Part shown: positions 1 through 8,843 of the stretch, piece after piece
Layout of the letters: each line of letters starts with the position of its first letter
How positions within the stretch are numbered: position 1 is the stretch's first letter
NCBI GenBank assembly: GCA_034429695.1
Contig: DAOUGC010000056.1
Location: 32,359-96,358 of the forward strand
Length of the DNA stretch: 64,000 nt
Direction of reading: 5' to 3'
Source of the DNA: Levilinea sp.
GTDB lineage: Bacteria; Chloroflexota; Anaerolineae; Anaerolineales; Anaerolineaceae
Program-made: the position numbers and the translations under genes
Notes under the pieces: model-generated
The model's database searches: none
The model's input: the letters and a program-made list of their open reading frames with translations, nothing else
Told to the model about the DNA's origin: nothing

Positions 1-1
1 T

Positions 2-259
2 GAATCCATCGCCAGCGTTAGCGAAGAGAACAGCGCTGCCGTGGAACAGGTGGCAGCATCGGCAGAAGAAATGACCGCCCAGGTTCAGGAGGTGAGCGCA
101 TCAGCGCAATCACTGGCTGAAATGGCGCACATGCTCAAGGAAATCGTCAGCCGCTTTAAACTGCAGACAGAGGATGATGATCTCCCGGACGATGCCCTTC
201 CAGTTGCAGCAGAAGGTGTGGATCAACCCGCGAGTGAACCCCTGCCGGTCTCCAGCTAG
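2..259 (+). CDS. methyl-accepting chemotaxis protein, C-terminal fragment (5' end outside window)
   Basis: Frame 2 is open from base 2. Translation ESIASVSEENSAAVEQVAASAEEMTAQVQEVSASAQSLAEMA matches the conserved MCP signalling-domain C-terminal helix. Stop at 257-259. Confidence 0.8.
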   Translation, partial: ESIASVSEENSAAVEQVAASAEEMTAQVQEVSASAQSLAEMAHMLKEIVSRFKLQTEDDDLPDDALPVAAEGVDQPASEPLPVSS

Positions 260-307
260 GCAAGCGGGGGAGAAACCAACCACCAGACCACAATCATGTT
301 CATTTTT

Positions 308-347
308 GTATCCGTCCCGTGGATTATCCGGGGCGGATACATTTTTT
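308..347 (+). terminator. rho-independent terminator after the MCP gene
   Basis: Stem GTATCCGTCCCG (308-319) pairs with CGGGGCGGATAC (329-340) with one G-U pair. It is followed by ATTTTTTATT. Confidence 0.75.
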
Positions 348-430
348 ATTCGGTATAATCACCCAATAATGAGGGACATCAGTATGCGCCTCCAATCGGC
401 GCCACCCGTTGATTAATGACAGGATGTGAT

Positions 431-1912
431 ATGAAAAAGAAACTGCCCTATTTATTGGCACTGGTGTGTCTGGTTCTGGCTGCCTGCAGCTCCACCACCC
501 CCCAGCCTGGTTCTGAACCGACCATAACCCTGGAAGATTGCACCCTCACTGCCGATGGCATCTCCGCCCAGACCCGGGCAAAGTGCGGCACGTTGAGCGT
601 GTGGGAAAATCGCGAGACCCAAAGCGGAACAAAAATCGATTTGCGTATTGCGGTCATCCCTGCTGACAGCCAGAACGCCGAACCTGATCCAATCTTTCTG
701 CTGGCTGGAGGCCCTGGCCAGGCAGCCGTGGAGGCTTTTCTGCCGGTACTGCCTGCGCTCAACAGCATGAACTTCAAACGCGACATTGTGCTGGTGGATC
801 AGCGTGGAACGGGTGGGTCCAATCCATTGACCTGTGAGGCAGCCGGCGATTCGGAAATGTCCATCATCGGTGAAGAACCGGATGATACCGAGGTATTGGC
901 AGAGATTGATGCCTGCATGAAGCAGCTTTCATCAGACCCCACGCAATACACCACCCCGGCTTTCATCGAAGATCTTGAGGAAGTGCGGGTTGGGCTGGGC
1001 TATGAACAGATCAACCTGTTTGGAGTGTCCTATGGAACCCGCAGTGCACTTGAATACATGCGCCGACACCCCGCTTCCATCCGCTCGGTGATCCTCAATG
1101 CGGTTGTCCCTCCTGACTGGGCAATTGGCGACCGCCTGGGACCCGACGCACAGCGTTCGCTGGACATTTTGTTTGAACGTTGTGAGAACGAACCTGCCTG
1201 TCAGGAAGCCTTCCCCAACCTTAAGACCGCGTTTGAAGACTGGCTGGCAGAACTGGATGAACAACCCCTGGACACCCTGGTACCCGACCCTGTGACGGGC
1301 GAGGATGTGCGCGTGATCGCCACCCGCGAACTGGTCGCTGGAACCATACGTTATATGTCCTACAGCGAGGACCTGACCGCCCTGCTGCCGCTGTTGATGT
1401 ACCAGGCGGCGGTGGAGGACAACCCTGCCCCACTGCTGGCGCAATATCTAATCATCCTGCAACCCTCCAGCGCCGATCTATCCTCAGGGCTGTTTTACTC
1501 GGTGATCTGCGCTGAAGACGCCCCGTATTTTTCCCATGATGATGACGATGACCAGGCTTACTTCCCATCACAGGAAGGCGATTTTGAGATGATCTGCTCG
1601 CACTGGAAGCATGCAGACCCTGACCCCGCCATGCGCGAACCGGTGGTATCTGATATTCCCACCCTGATCCTCACCGGCGGCGCTGACCCGGTGACACCAC
1701 CTCAAAACGGCGATGCCGTGGCTCAGAATCTGTCCAACAATCTACATCTGGTGATCCCCGGCATGGGTCACAATTTGCTCTATCAGGGCTGCCTGCCGCG
1801 CGTGCTGGCTGACTTTGTAGAAAGCGCCAGTGTGGAAGGGCTGGATGTCGCCTGTACGGAACGCATCCATCCCCAACCATTCTTCACCAGCCCTGTCGGC
1901 CCGCAACCTTAG
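431..1912 (+). CDS. secreted lipoprotein alpha/beta hydrolase, S33 tripeptidyl/prolyl aminopeptidase-like (TAP-like C-terminus)
   Basis: ORF 416-1912; preferred start is ATG 431. MKKKLPYLLALVCLVLAACSS is a signal peptide plus lipobox. GGPGQ oxyanion region, G-V-S-Y-G nucleophile elbow, late GMGHN His region. Confidence 0.75.
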   Translation: MKKKLPYLLALVCLVLAACSSTTPQPGSEPTITLEDCTLTADGISAQTRAKCGTLSVWENRETQSGTKIDLRIAVIPADSQNAEPDPIFLLAGGPGQAAVEAFLPVLPALNSMNFKRDIVLVDQRGTGGSNPLTCEAAGDSEMSIIGEEPDDTEVLAEIDACMKQLSSDPTQYTTPAFIEDLEEVRVGLGYEQINLFGVSYGTRSALEYMRRHPASIRSVILNAVVPPDWAIGDRLGPDAQRSLDILFERCENEPACQEAFPNLKTAFEDWLAELDEQPLDTLVPDPVTGEDVRVIATRELVAGTIRYMSYSEDLTALLPLLMYQAAVEDNPAPLLAQYLIILQPSSADLSSGLFYSVICAEDAPYFSHDDDDDQAYFPSQEGDFEMICSHWKHADPDPAMREPVVSDIPTLILTGGADPVTPPQNGDAVAQNLSNNLHLVIPGMGHNLLYQGCLPRVLADFVESASVEGLDVACTERIHPQPFFTSPVGPQP

Positions 1913-1921
1913 GAGGAAGCC

Positions 1922-2656
1922 ATGATCATTGTCTCTGACCTTCAAAAATCGTTTGGCAACGTTCACGCACTCAAGGGCGTATCCTTCTCTGCCGATGATG
2001 GACAAATCACCGGTTTGCTTGGCCCCAATGGAGCCGGTAAAACCACCTCACTGCGCATCGTGTATACGATATTAAAACCGGATGCAGGCAGGGCTGAAGT
2101 CAACGGGCTGGATGTTGTCTCGGCGCGCTTGAATGTACAGCAGGTAATCGGTGTGCTTCCAGACAGCCACGGCCTTTACCCGCGCCTGACCGCGCGTGAA
2201 AATGTACGTTATTTTGGCCGCCTGCACGGTCTGGAAGGCGCCCTCCTGGAGGACCGCATCGAATCGCTGTCTTCGCTGCTGGAGATGGAAGACATTATTG
2301 ACCGCCGCACCGAAGGCTTTTCAACCGGTCAACGCTCCAAGGTTGCCATTGCCAGGGCGCTGGTACACAACCCGCCCAACATTCTGCTGGATGAACCCAC
2401 CAGCGGGCTGGATGTCATCAGTACACGCGCCATGCGCACCTTTATCCGTCGCCTGCGGGATGAAGGCAAATGTGTGTTGTTCTCCAGCCACATCATGCAG
2501 GAGGTCTCGCTGCTGTGTGATCAGATTGTGGTGATCTCGTCCGGTCTGGTGTCTGCCCAGGGCAGCGCGGATCAATTGCGCGAACGCACCGGTCAGCAAA
2601 ATTTGGAAGATGCCTTTGTCAGCATCATCGGTAGTGAGGAGGGTTTGCAAAGATGA
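1922..2656 (+). CDS. ABC transporter ATP-binding protein (ABC-2/NatA-like exporter)
   Basis: AGGAGGAAG RBS upstream. Walker A GPNGAGKT, signature-like STGQRSK, Walker B ILLDEPTSGLD. Confidence 0.9.
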   Translation: MIIVSDLQKSFGNVHALKGVSFSADDGQITGLLGPNGAGKTTSLRIVYTILKPDAGRAEVNGLDVVSARLNVQQVIGVLPDSHGLYPRLTARENVRYFGRLHGLEGALLEDRIESLSSLLEMEDIIDRRTEGFSTGQRSKVAIARALVHNPPNILLDEPTSGLDVISTRAMRTFIRRLRDEGKCVLFSSHIMQEVSLLCDQIVVISSGLVSAQGSADQLRERTGQQNLEDAFVSIIGSEEGLQR

Positions 2657-3831
2657 AACACATCTGGACGGTATTTGGCAAGGAAGTGGTGGACAACCTG
2701 CGCGACCGGCGCTCGTTGACCAGCTCTCTGATGACCCCCCTGTTCTCACCCGTGCTGCTGGTGGCGTTGATCATCGTGCTGGGACAAACCCTGTTTCAGG
2801 ATCCACAGGAGAAACCGCTTATTCTACCGGTCAGCGGCGCTGAACATGCACCCAACCTGGTGCGTTTCCTTGAGCAAAACAACGTACAACTGGTGGATGC
2901 CCCCGCCGACCCCGAAAGCGCCGTGCGCGAAGGCGACGTTGACATCGTACTGATCATTCCCGATGGCTATGCTGATGAAGTGGAAAGCGGTCACCCGGCC
3001 GGTGTGCGATTGGTGATGGACAGTTCCAGACAGTCGGCATTGAGTGCCATTTCACGTACACGCGATCTTCTCTCGCAGTACGGCGGAACCATCGGTATTT
3101 TACGCCTGCAGGCGCGTGGTCTGGATCCCTCCATCATTAATAGCATTTCGGTGGAAGTCAACGATGTCTCGACACCTGAAAGCCAGACGTTGCTTTTCCT
3201 TAACATGATGCCGTTCCTGATCATCACCACCATCTTTGTGGGCGGCATGTATGTGATCATTGATGCCACTGCCGGAGAACGCGAACGCGGTTCGCTCGAG
3301 CCGTTGCTGATCAATCCCGTTCCGCGCTGGCAGTTTGTGATCGCCAAAATTCTTGCGTCGCTGCCCTTTGCGCTGGTCACCCTGTTGATCACCCTGGGCT
3401 CGTTCTATGCTGCTTTCAATCTCTTCCCGCTGGAGGAGCTGGTCAACATGCCCCTGGCGATCAGCGCTGGCAGCCTGCTGGATATGTTCTGGCTGTCCCT
3501 GCCCATGCTGATTCTCGCGTCTGCTCTGCAGGTGCTGGTGGCAACCTACACACGCAGTTTTAAAGAGGCGCAGACCTACCTGTCACTGCTGCCGCTGGTC
3601 ACCGGCTTTCCCACCGCATTCCTGATGTTTGTGCCGGTCAAAGCCACCATCGGCATGATGTCGATTCCCATCTTCAGCCAGGCGGTATTGATCACCAAGG
3701 TGTTGCGCGCCGAGACCATCCTGCCGCTGCATGTGGTGATCTCCACCCTGATCACTCTCCTGGTTTCAGGGTTGGTGGTTTTCATTGCCATTCGCCTGTT
3801 TGAGCGTGAGCAGATTCTGGTGGGCCGCTAA
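2653..3831 (+). CDS. ABC-2 type transporter permease (NatB-like)
   Basis: ATGA stop/start overlap with the ATPase gene. One N-terminal TM helix, a large soluble loop, then multiple C-terminal TM helices. Confidence 0.8.
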   Translation: MKHIWTVFGKEVVDNLRDRRSLTSSLMTPLFSPVLLVALIIVLGQTLFQDPQEKPLILPVSGAEHAPNLVRFLEQNNVQLVDAPADPESAVREGDVDIVLIIPDGYADEVESGHPAGVRLVMDSSRQSALSAISRTRDLLSQYGGTIGILRLQARGLDPSIINSISVEVNDVSTPESQTLLFLNMMPFLIITTIFVGGMYVIIDATAGERERGSLEPLLINPVPRWQFVIAKILASLPFALVTLLITLGSFYAAFNLFPLEELVNMPLAISAGSLLDMFWLSLPMLILASALQVLVATYTRSFKEAQTYLSLLPLVTGFPTAFLMFVPVKATIGMMSIPIFSQAVLITKVLRAETILPLHVVISTLITLLVSGLVVFIAIRLFEREQILVGR

Positions 3832-3860
3832 ACGCTTCTCAACAACCATAATCCAGCCAG

Positions 3861-3896
3861 GTGGGGCATCACTTTGATGCCCCACTTATCATTTTT
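3861..3896 (+). terminator. rho-independent terminator after the ABC-2 operon
   Basis: Perfect 10-bp stem GTGGGGCATC / GATGCCCCAC with loop ACTTT, followed by TTATCATTTTT. Confidence 0.85.
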
Positions 3897-3935
3897 GTAA
3901 TAACCCCCGCCTCCAAAAGTCCACAATTATGATAC

Positions 3936-3944
3936 TGGTATAAT
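3936..3944 (+). promoter_or_regulatory. extended -10 promoter element (TGgTATAAT) for the NusG-paralog operon
   Basis: TG at 3936-3937 and TATAAT at 3939-3944, about 22 nt upstream of ATG 3967. No good -35 was seen. Confidence 0.5.
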
Positions 3945-3966
3945 GATTCTGAAGGGAAACCGGTTG

Positions 3967-4485
3967 ATGAGCCTGAGATGGTATGCTCTGCACAGCCACC
4001 CACACAAGGAAGACATGTTGTGGAAACAACTGGAAGCCAGCGGGTTCGAGGTTTTTTACCCGCGCCTGCACGTCCGCCCGGTCAACCCCCGCTCCCGCAA
4101 GATTCGCCCTTACTTTCCCGGATACCTGTTTGTACGCGTTGATCTGCAAGAAGCCGGCCTGTCCATCTTCAACTGGATGCCCTATTCCACAGGCCTGGTC
4201 TCGTTTGGCGGTGAACCCAGCGTGGTCTCAGACGCCCTGATTCAGGCGCTTCAACAGCGCATGCAGGAGCTGCAAACCATCCAGCGCTCCGCCACCAGTG
4301 GCTATCAAAGTGGTGATGCCATACAGGTGGAAACCGGTCCGTTTGCCGGGTTTGAAGGCATTTTTGATGTTGCGCTTTCTGGCAACGAACGCGTTCGCGT
4401 ACTGCTCAAACTGCTCAGCCGCGACGTACCGGTTGAGTTGCCCACCCATCAGATCCGCAAAAAGAATCCCCGTTCTTCGGGATAA
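3967..4485 (+). CDS. specialised NusG paralog (RfaH/LoaP-type transcription antitermination factor; NGN + KOW)
   Basis: 172 aa. WYALHSHPHKE...YFPGYLFVRV (NGN-like) and GDAIQVETGPFAGFEGIF (KOW) are collinear with E. coli RfaH. AAGGGA RBS. The ORF-track ATG 3943 lies inside the predicted -10, so ATG 3967 is preferred. No secE/rplK context. Confidence 0.75.
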   Translation: MSLRWYALHSHPHKEDMLWKQLEASGFEVFYPRLHVRPVNPRSRKIRPYFPGYLFVRVDLQEAGLSIFNWMPYSTGLVSFGGEPSVVSDALIQALQQRMQELQTIQRSATSGYQSGDAIQVETGPFAGFEGIFDVALSGNERVRVLLKLLSRDVPVELPTHQIRKKNPRSSG

Positions 4486-4509
4486 TCCCAATTTCTCACG
4501 AGGCAGGCG

Positions 4510-7500
4510 ATGGCCCAACTTCAAAAACGCGGCATCACCCCATTCAATTTGAAGATCTTTCGCACCGGAGGGCGTCCGCAGACCCAGCTCCTGGTTTACG
4601 GGCTGGTGGGTGTCATTGTGACCATTGGTTACGCCCTGCTGGTGGCCGGCATCACCCTGCTGGTGGGCAGCGTACTGCCCCAGGTGGTCCCCATGCTGTG
4701 GGGGTTGCTGGTGTTTGGGCTGGCGCTGGCTTTTAATCCGCTCAGGCAAACCTTACAGGACCGCGTGGATGCGCTGTTCTTTAAAGGCGAAAAGGTTTAT
4801 CAAGAGCGCATTCAAAGCTTCAGTAGTGAGCTGACCACCACAGTGGAATCAACCGAGATCCTCAGCCGCCTGCGCATTTATGTGGAATCCTCCTTGCATC
4901 CCGCCGTTTTGCACATTTTTATCTTCGATCCACTTGCCGATCAGTACATGGCAACAGAAGACCTCACCGGTCAACTGACCAGCGACCTGCGCTTTTCCTC
5001 AAACAGCCCGTTGGTTCAGGTGCTGGGCATGTGCCAGGATCATCTGCTGTTTCGCGCCAGTGAGGCCATTCCCGGACTGGAAAGTGAACATGCCCGCATG
5101 GCATTGATGAATGCAGGCGTGTTCATTCCGCTGCCGGGCCGTCAGCGCATGTCCGGCTGGATGGCGCTCGGCAGCCGGTTGACAGGCGAACCCTACACCC
5201 AACGCGAATTGCGCTATCTGGAAACGCTCGGCGACCAGGCTGCTCTGGCGATTGAACGCGCCCAGGTGGTGCAAAACATGGAAAAACGCGTGCGCGAGAT
5301 GAATGTACTGGCGCGCGTGGCGCAGGGCATCAACATCACCCTTGACCTCAACGACACGCTTGAATTGATCTACGCCCAGACCACCCAGATCATCCCCGCT
5401 GATGATTTTCATATCCTGCTCAAAAATGAGCGCACAGGCGACCTGGAAGAAATATTCTTCGTGGAAGATTCCGAACGGTTTGAGCGCTTTGAGAACATCC
5501 CGGTGCAGCCAGGCTCCCTGCTTGAGCAGGAAGTGGTGCGCCAGCGCAAGTCCATTCTCACCGATGACCATACCAGCGAGTGTCAGAAGAACGGCATCCT
5601 GCAGACCCATTCGGGCATTTTTGCCTGGATGGCCGTGCCATTAAACGCCGGTGCAGAGACCATCGGTGTGCTAAGCCTTGGCAGGCGGAATCAGGGCATG
5701 CCATACACCAGCCAGCAATTGAATTTGTTGCAAGCTATTGCCGATCAGGTGGCCGGTGCGGTGATCAAAGCCCGCCTGCTGGGTGAAACCGAACGCCGCG
5801 CGCGGCAGATGGCGACCCTGAACGAAATCACCAGACAACTCACTTCCACGCTGGACCTTGACCCCCTGCTCGAGTCGATCCTCAAAAATGCGGTCGAGAT
5901 CCTGGGTACCGAGGCTGGAAGTCTATTAATGGTGGATGAACACACTGAGGAGCTTGTTTTTCAGGTCACCATTGGTCCCGTGGCAGGCAATTTGCTCAAC
6001 CGGCGCATGCCGCCTGGCGCCGGCATGGTGGGCAAGGCAGTGCGCGAGCGCACCCCCATCATCGTCAACCAGGTTGAAAACGACCCCAACTGGTTCTCAC
6101 AAAACGATCATGAAACTGGCTTTATCACCCACTCGCTCATGGTCATCCCGCTGCAATTGCAGGATGAAGTCATCGGCGTAATCGAGGTGATCAACAAGCG
6201 CGATCAGAGCATCTTCTCGCGCGCCGATCAGGAACTACTGGAAGCCTTTGCAGCCCAGGCTGCCATGGCCATTCATAATGCCCGCCTGTACACCCAGACC
6301 GACCAGGCGCTGGGCGCGCGCGTGGAAGAGCTGTCCATCATGCAGCGCATTGACCGTGACCTGAACGCCAGTCTCGATACCTCACTGGCTTCACGCATCA
6401 CGTTGGAATGGGCTTTGCGTCAGTCCGGAGCCGATGCAGGTCTGGTTGCCACCATGCAGGAAGACCGCCTGCTGGTGGTTGCTGCACAGGGCTACGGCGA
6501 AGAACTCAGCATCTACACCGATGGCATCCTGCCCCGCGACAAATTCCACTTTGATGATGTCATCACCAGCGGCAACATCATTAATTTGCCCTGTGATCCA
6601 ACGCCAGAGGAGGCCATATTCCCCGGCGCTCGCAGCCAGGTGTTCATTCCCATTCGCCGTGAAAGCTCAATCCTGGCAGTGATCTTGCTGGAAAGCCAGT
6701 TGCCCGATCTGCTGCCGGAGGAAACCCTCAACTTCCTGCAACGTCTCAGCGACCATGCCGCCATCGCCATTTCTAACGCCCAGCTTTACAGCGCAGTGCA
6801 GGCAGCCAATGTTGCCAAGAGCGAATTTGTTTCATTTGTGGCGCACGAGTTAAAGAACCCCATGACCTCCATCAAGGGCTATACTGAATTGCTGGCAGCG
6901 GGCGCGGTTGGCCCCATTTCTGAAGCGCAGGGCAACTTCCTCGGAACCATCCGCGCAAATGTTGACCGCATGGCCACCCTGGTCACCGATCTGGCAGACG
7001 TATCGCGCATTGAAGCCGGACGCTTGAAACTGGACTTCAAAGCCGTCTCACTGCGTGAGGTGGTGGACGAGGTGATCCGCTCCATGAAGAAACAAATCGA
7101 TGAAAAGACCCAGGAGTTGCTGCTCGCCATTCCTGAAGACCTGCCCAATCTATGGGCTGACCGCACCCGTATTTTGCAGATCGTGCTCAACCTGGTCTCC
7201 AATGCATACAAGTACACCCCGGCAAGCGGCAGGATCAACGTCGGCGCCGAGGCATGTGACAACCAGTGGGACGCCTCTGGCGCAAAACGGGTGGTGCATT
7301 TCTGGGTGCAGGACTCGGGTATCGGCATCAGCCCGGAGGATCAGGCAAAAATCTTCCAGAAATTCTTCCGCTCAGAAGACCCCAAAACCCGCGAAGCACC
7401 GGGAACCGGTCTGGGGCTTAACATCACCCGCAGCCTGGTTGAGATGCAGGGCGGGCGCATCTGGTTTGAGAGCGAATACCGCCAGGGAACCGTCTTTCAC

Positions 7501-7524
7501 TTCACCATCCCCATCGCTGAATAG
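4510..7524 (+). CDS. membrane sensor histidine kinase with multiple GAF domains
   Basis: 1004 aa. Two N-terminal TM helices and roughly four GAF-like repeats. H-box AHELKNPMTSI; ATPase boxes VSNAYKYT, DSGIGI, GTGLGL. Confidence 0.9.
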   Translation: MAQLQKRGITPFNLKIFRTGGRPQTQLLVYGLVGVIVTIGYALLVAGITLLVGSVLPQVVPMLWGLLVFGLALAFNPLRQTLQDRVDALFFKGEKVYQERIQSFSSELTTTVESTEILSRLRIYVESSLHPAVLHIFIFDPLADQYMATEDLTGQLTSDLRFSSNSPLVQVLGMCQDHLLFRASEAIPGLESEHARMALMNAGVFIPLPGRQRMSGWMALGSRLTGEPYTQRELRYLETLGDQAALAIERAQVVQNMEKRVREMNVLARVAQGINITLDLNDTLELIYAQTTQIIPADDFHILLKNERTGDLEEIFFVEDSERFERFENIPVQPGSLLEQEVVRQRKSILTDDHTSECQKNGILQTHSGIFAWMAVPLNAGAETIGVLSLGRRNQGMPYTSQQLNLLQAIADQVAGAVIKARLLGETERRARQMATLNEITRQLTSTLDLDPLLESILKNAVEILGTEAGSLLMVDEHTEELVFQVTIGPVAGNLLNRRMPPGAGMVGKAVRERTPIIVNQVENDPNWFSQNDHETGFITHSLMVIPLQLQDEVIGVIEVINKRDQSIFSRADQELLEAFAAQAAMAIHNARLYTQTDQALGARVEELSIMQRIDRDLNASLDTSLASRITLEWALRQSGADAGLVATMQEDRLLVVAAQGYGEELSIYTDGILPRDKFHFDDVITSGNIINLPCDPTPEEAIFPGARSQVFIPIRRESSILAVILLESQLPDLLPEETLNFLQRLSDHAAIAISNAQLYSAVQAANVAKSEFVSFVAHELKNPMTSIKGYTELLAAGAVGPISEAQGNFLGTIRANVDRMATLVTDLADVSRIEAGRLKLDFKAVSLREVVDEVIRSMKKQIDEKTQELLLAIPEDLPNLWADRTRILQIVLNLVSNAYKYTPASGRINVGAEACDNQWDASGAKRVVHFWVQDSGIGISPEDQAKIFQKFFRSEDPKTREAPGTGLGLNITRSLVEMQGGRIWFESEYRQGTVFHFTIPIAE

Positions 7525-7544
7525 GGCAATCACAAGGAGGCAAC

Positions 7545-8747
7545 ATGACAGTCAGTGTAACCTGGGGTGTGGGAAGCGGACTGGATGGGCGTGAGGCCGT
7601 CTTTAACGCGTTGCAACAAGCTTATTCGCTGGTCTCACCTTCCACCCCGCGTGAAGGGCGGGAGACCAGCCGCAGCGAGCGCCGCCCCGCGCTGGCAATT
7701 GTCTTCATCTCCCAGGAATATGATGTAGAACAAACCCTGGCATCCTTAAAAACCGCGCTGGGCAATACGCCGGTGTGGGGTTTCAGCACGGTGCGCCCGC
7801 TAACCCACCAGGGTGATCACCCCCGTTCGGTGGTGGTGGCGTTGTTCACCAGCCCTGATATTAAAGCCCGCATCAACTGGTTTGCTGATCTCGGCCGCGA
7901 TCATCAGATCCCGCGCCAGATCACGGCCTTGAAAGAAGAATGGTCAACCGAAAATCCGCCCATCCAGGGGGTCATGCTTGCCATGGATGGTATCACCGGC
8001 GGGTCGCAGGAGGTGATCAACGCGCTGCAAGGGCTCCACCTCCCGGTGGCAGGTGGGCTGGCTTCAGGCGATTATCAAGCCGGTAAAACCTGGCAGATCG
8101 GCGGGCAGGCGGGGTGTTCCTCACTTTCCGCGCTGTTATTGAGCGGCCGGTTTACGCTGGGGGTCGGCATGGCACATGCCTGGCGCCCGCTGGGTATGCA
8201 ATACACCGTCACCCGCAGTTCTGACCTGTGGGTGCAGGGGTTGGACGGCTCCACCCCGGCAGAGGTATACCAGAAGATCTTTAATTATCCCGCCCGTGAA
8301 TGGGCTTTTCCACCGCTCACCAGCATGGCGCGGTTGTACCCGTTCCTCCTGCCTTCCAGCAGCGGCGACTCCAGGCTGGCTGCCCCCTTGCGGGTTGAGG
8401 TGGACGGCAGTTTCCGCATGAACATCCCTGTGCAACAGGGGCAAACCGTGCAAATTTCAATCGGCAACCCGCAAGCCTGCCAGACCGCCATGATCAACGC
8501 CTGCCAGCAGGCACTGGATGGCTTGCAGGGAGCCAAACCCCTGGCAGCCGTTCTGATGGTGGATGTGGCATGGCAAATGCTTCTGCAAAACCGGCTGGAT
8601 GCAGTCATTGAGTCCGCGCGCAGTGTGCTTGGAGAATTGCCCATGGTTGGGGCAAGCACTCTGGGCCAGGTGGGCGGCGCCATTGACCATCCCACCCTGC
8701 TTAACAATTCTGTCACGGTTGCCATCCTTGGTGAACGTGAAAGATAA
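7545..8747 (+). CDS. stand-alone FIST-domain sensory protein (FIST N + FIST C), no output domain
   Basis: AAGGAGG RBS, 20 nt after the kinase stop. 400-aa soluble protein whose layout and motifs (AGGLASGD, C-terminal GASTLGQVGG) I recognise as the FIST family. Needs HMM confirmation. Confidence 0.6.
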   Translation: MTVSVTWGVGSGLDGREAVFNALQQAYSLVSPSTPREGRETSRSERRPALAIVFISQEYDVEQTLASLKTALGNTPVWGFSTVRPLTHQGDHPRSVVVALFTSPDIKARINWFADLGRDHQIPRQITALKEEWSTENPPIQGVMLAMDGITGGSQEVINALQGLHLPVAGGLASGDYQAGKTWQIGGQAGCSSLSALLLSGRFTLGVGMAHAWRPLGMQYTVTRSSDLWVQGLDGSTPAEVYQKIFNYPAREWAFPPLTSMARLYPFLLPSSSGDSRLAAPLRVEVDGSFRMNIPVQQGQTVQISIGNPQACQTAMINACQQALDGLQGAKPLAAVLMVDVAWQMLLQNRLDAVIESARSVLGELPMVGASTLGQVGGAIDHPTLLNNSVTVAILGERER

Positions 8748-8778
8748 ACTCAATCTGCCTGTGACAATTCATAATCAC

Positions 8779-8806
8779 AAAGACGCCGTGAACCAGCGGC
8801 GTCTTT
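8779..8806. terminator. bidirectional terminator hairpin between the FIST gene (+) and trpB2 (-)
   Basis: Stem AAAGACGCCG / CGGCGTCTTT with an 8-nt loop. T-rich tail on the plus strand (GTTTG); A-tract gives a U-rich tail on the minus strand. Confidence 0.75.
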
Positions 8807-8843
8807 GTTTGCACCATCTTGAAAGGAGAAGGATTATCAGCGT

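Noticed and set aside
3943-3966. ORF-track ATG 3943 as start of the NusG paralog
   Set aside because: This ATG lies inside the predicted TATAAT box. ATG 3967 has an AAGGGA RBS and begins at the conserved WYAL region.
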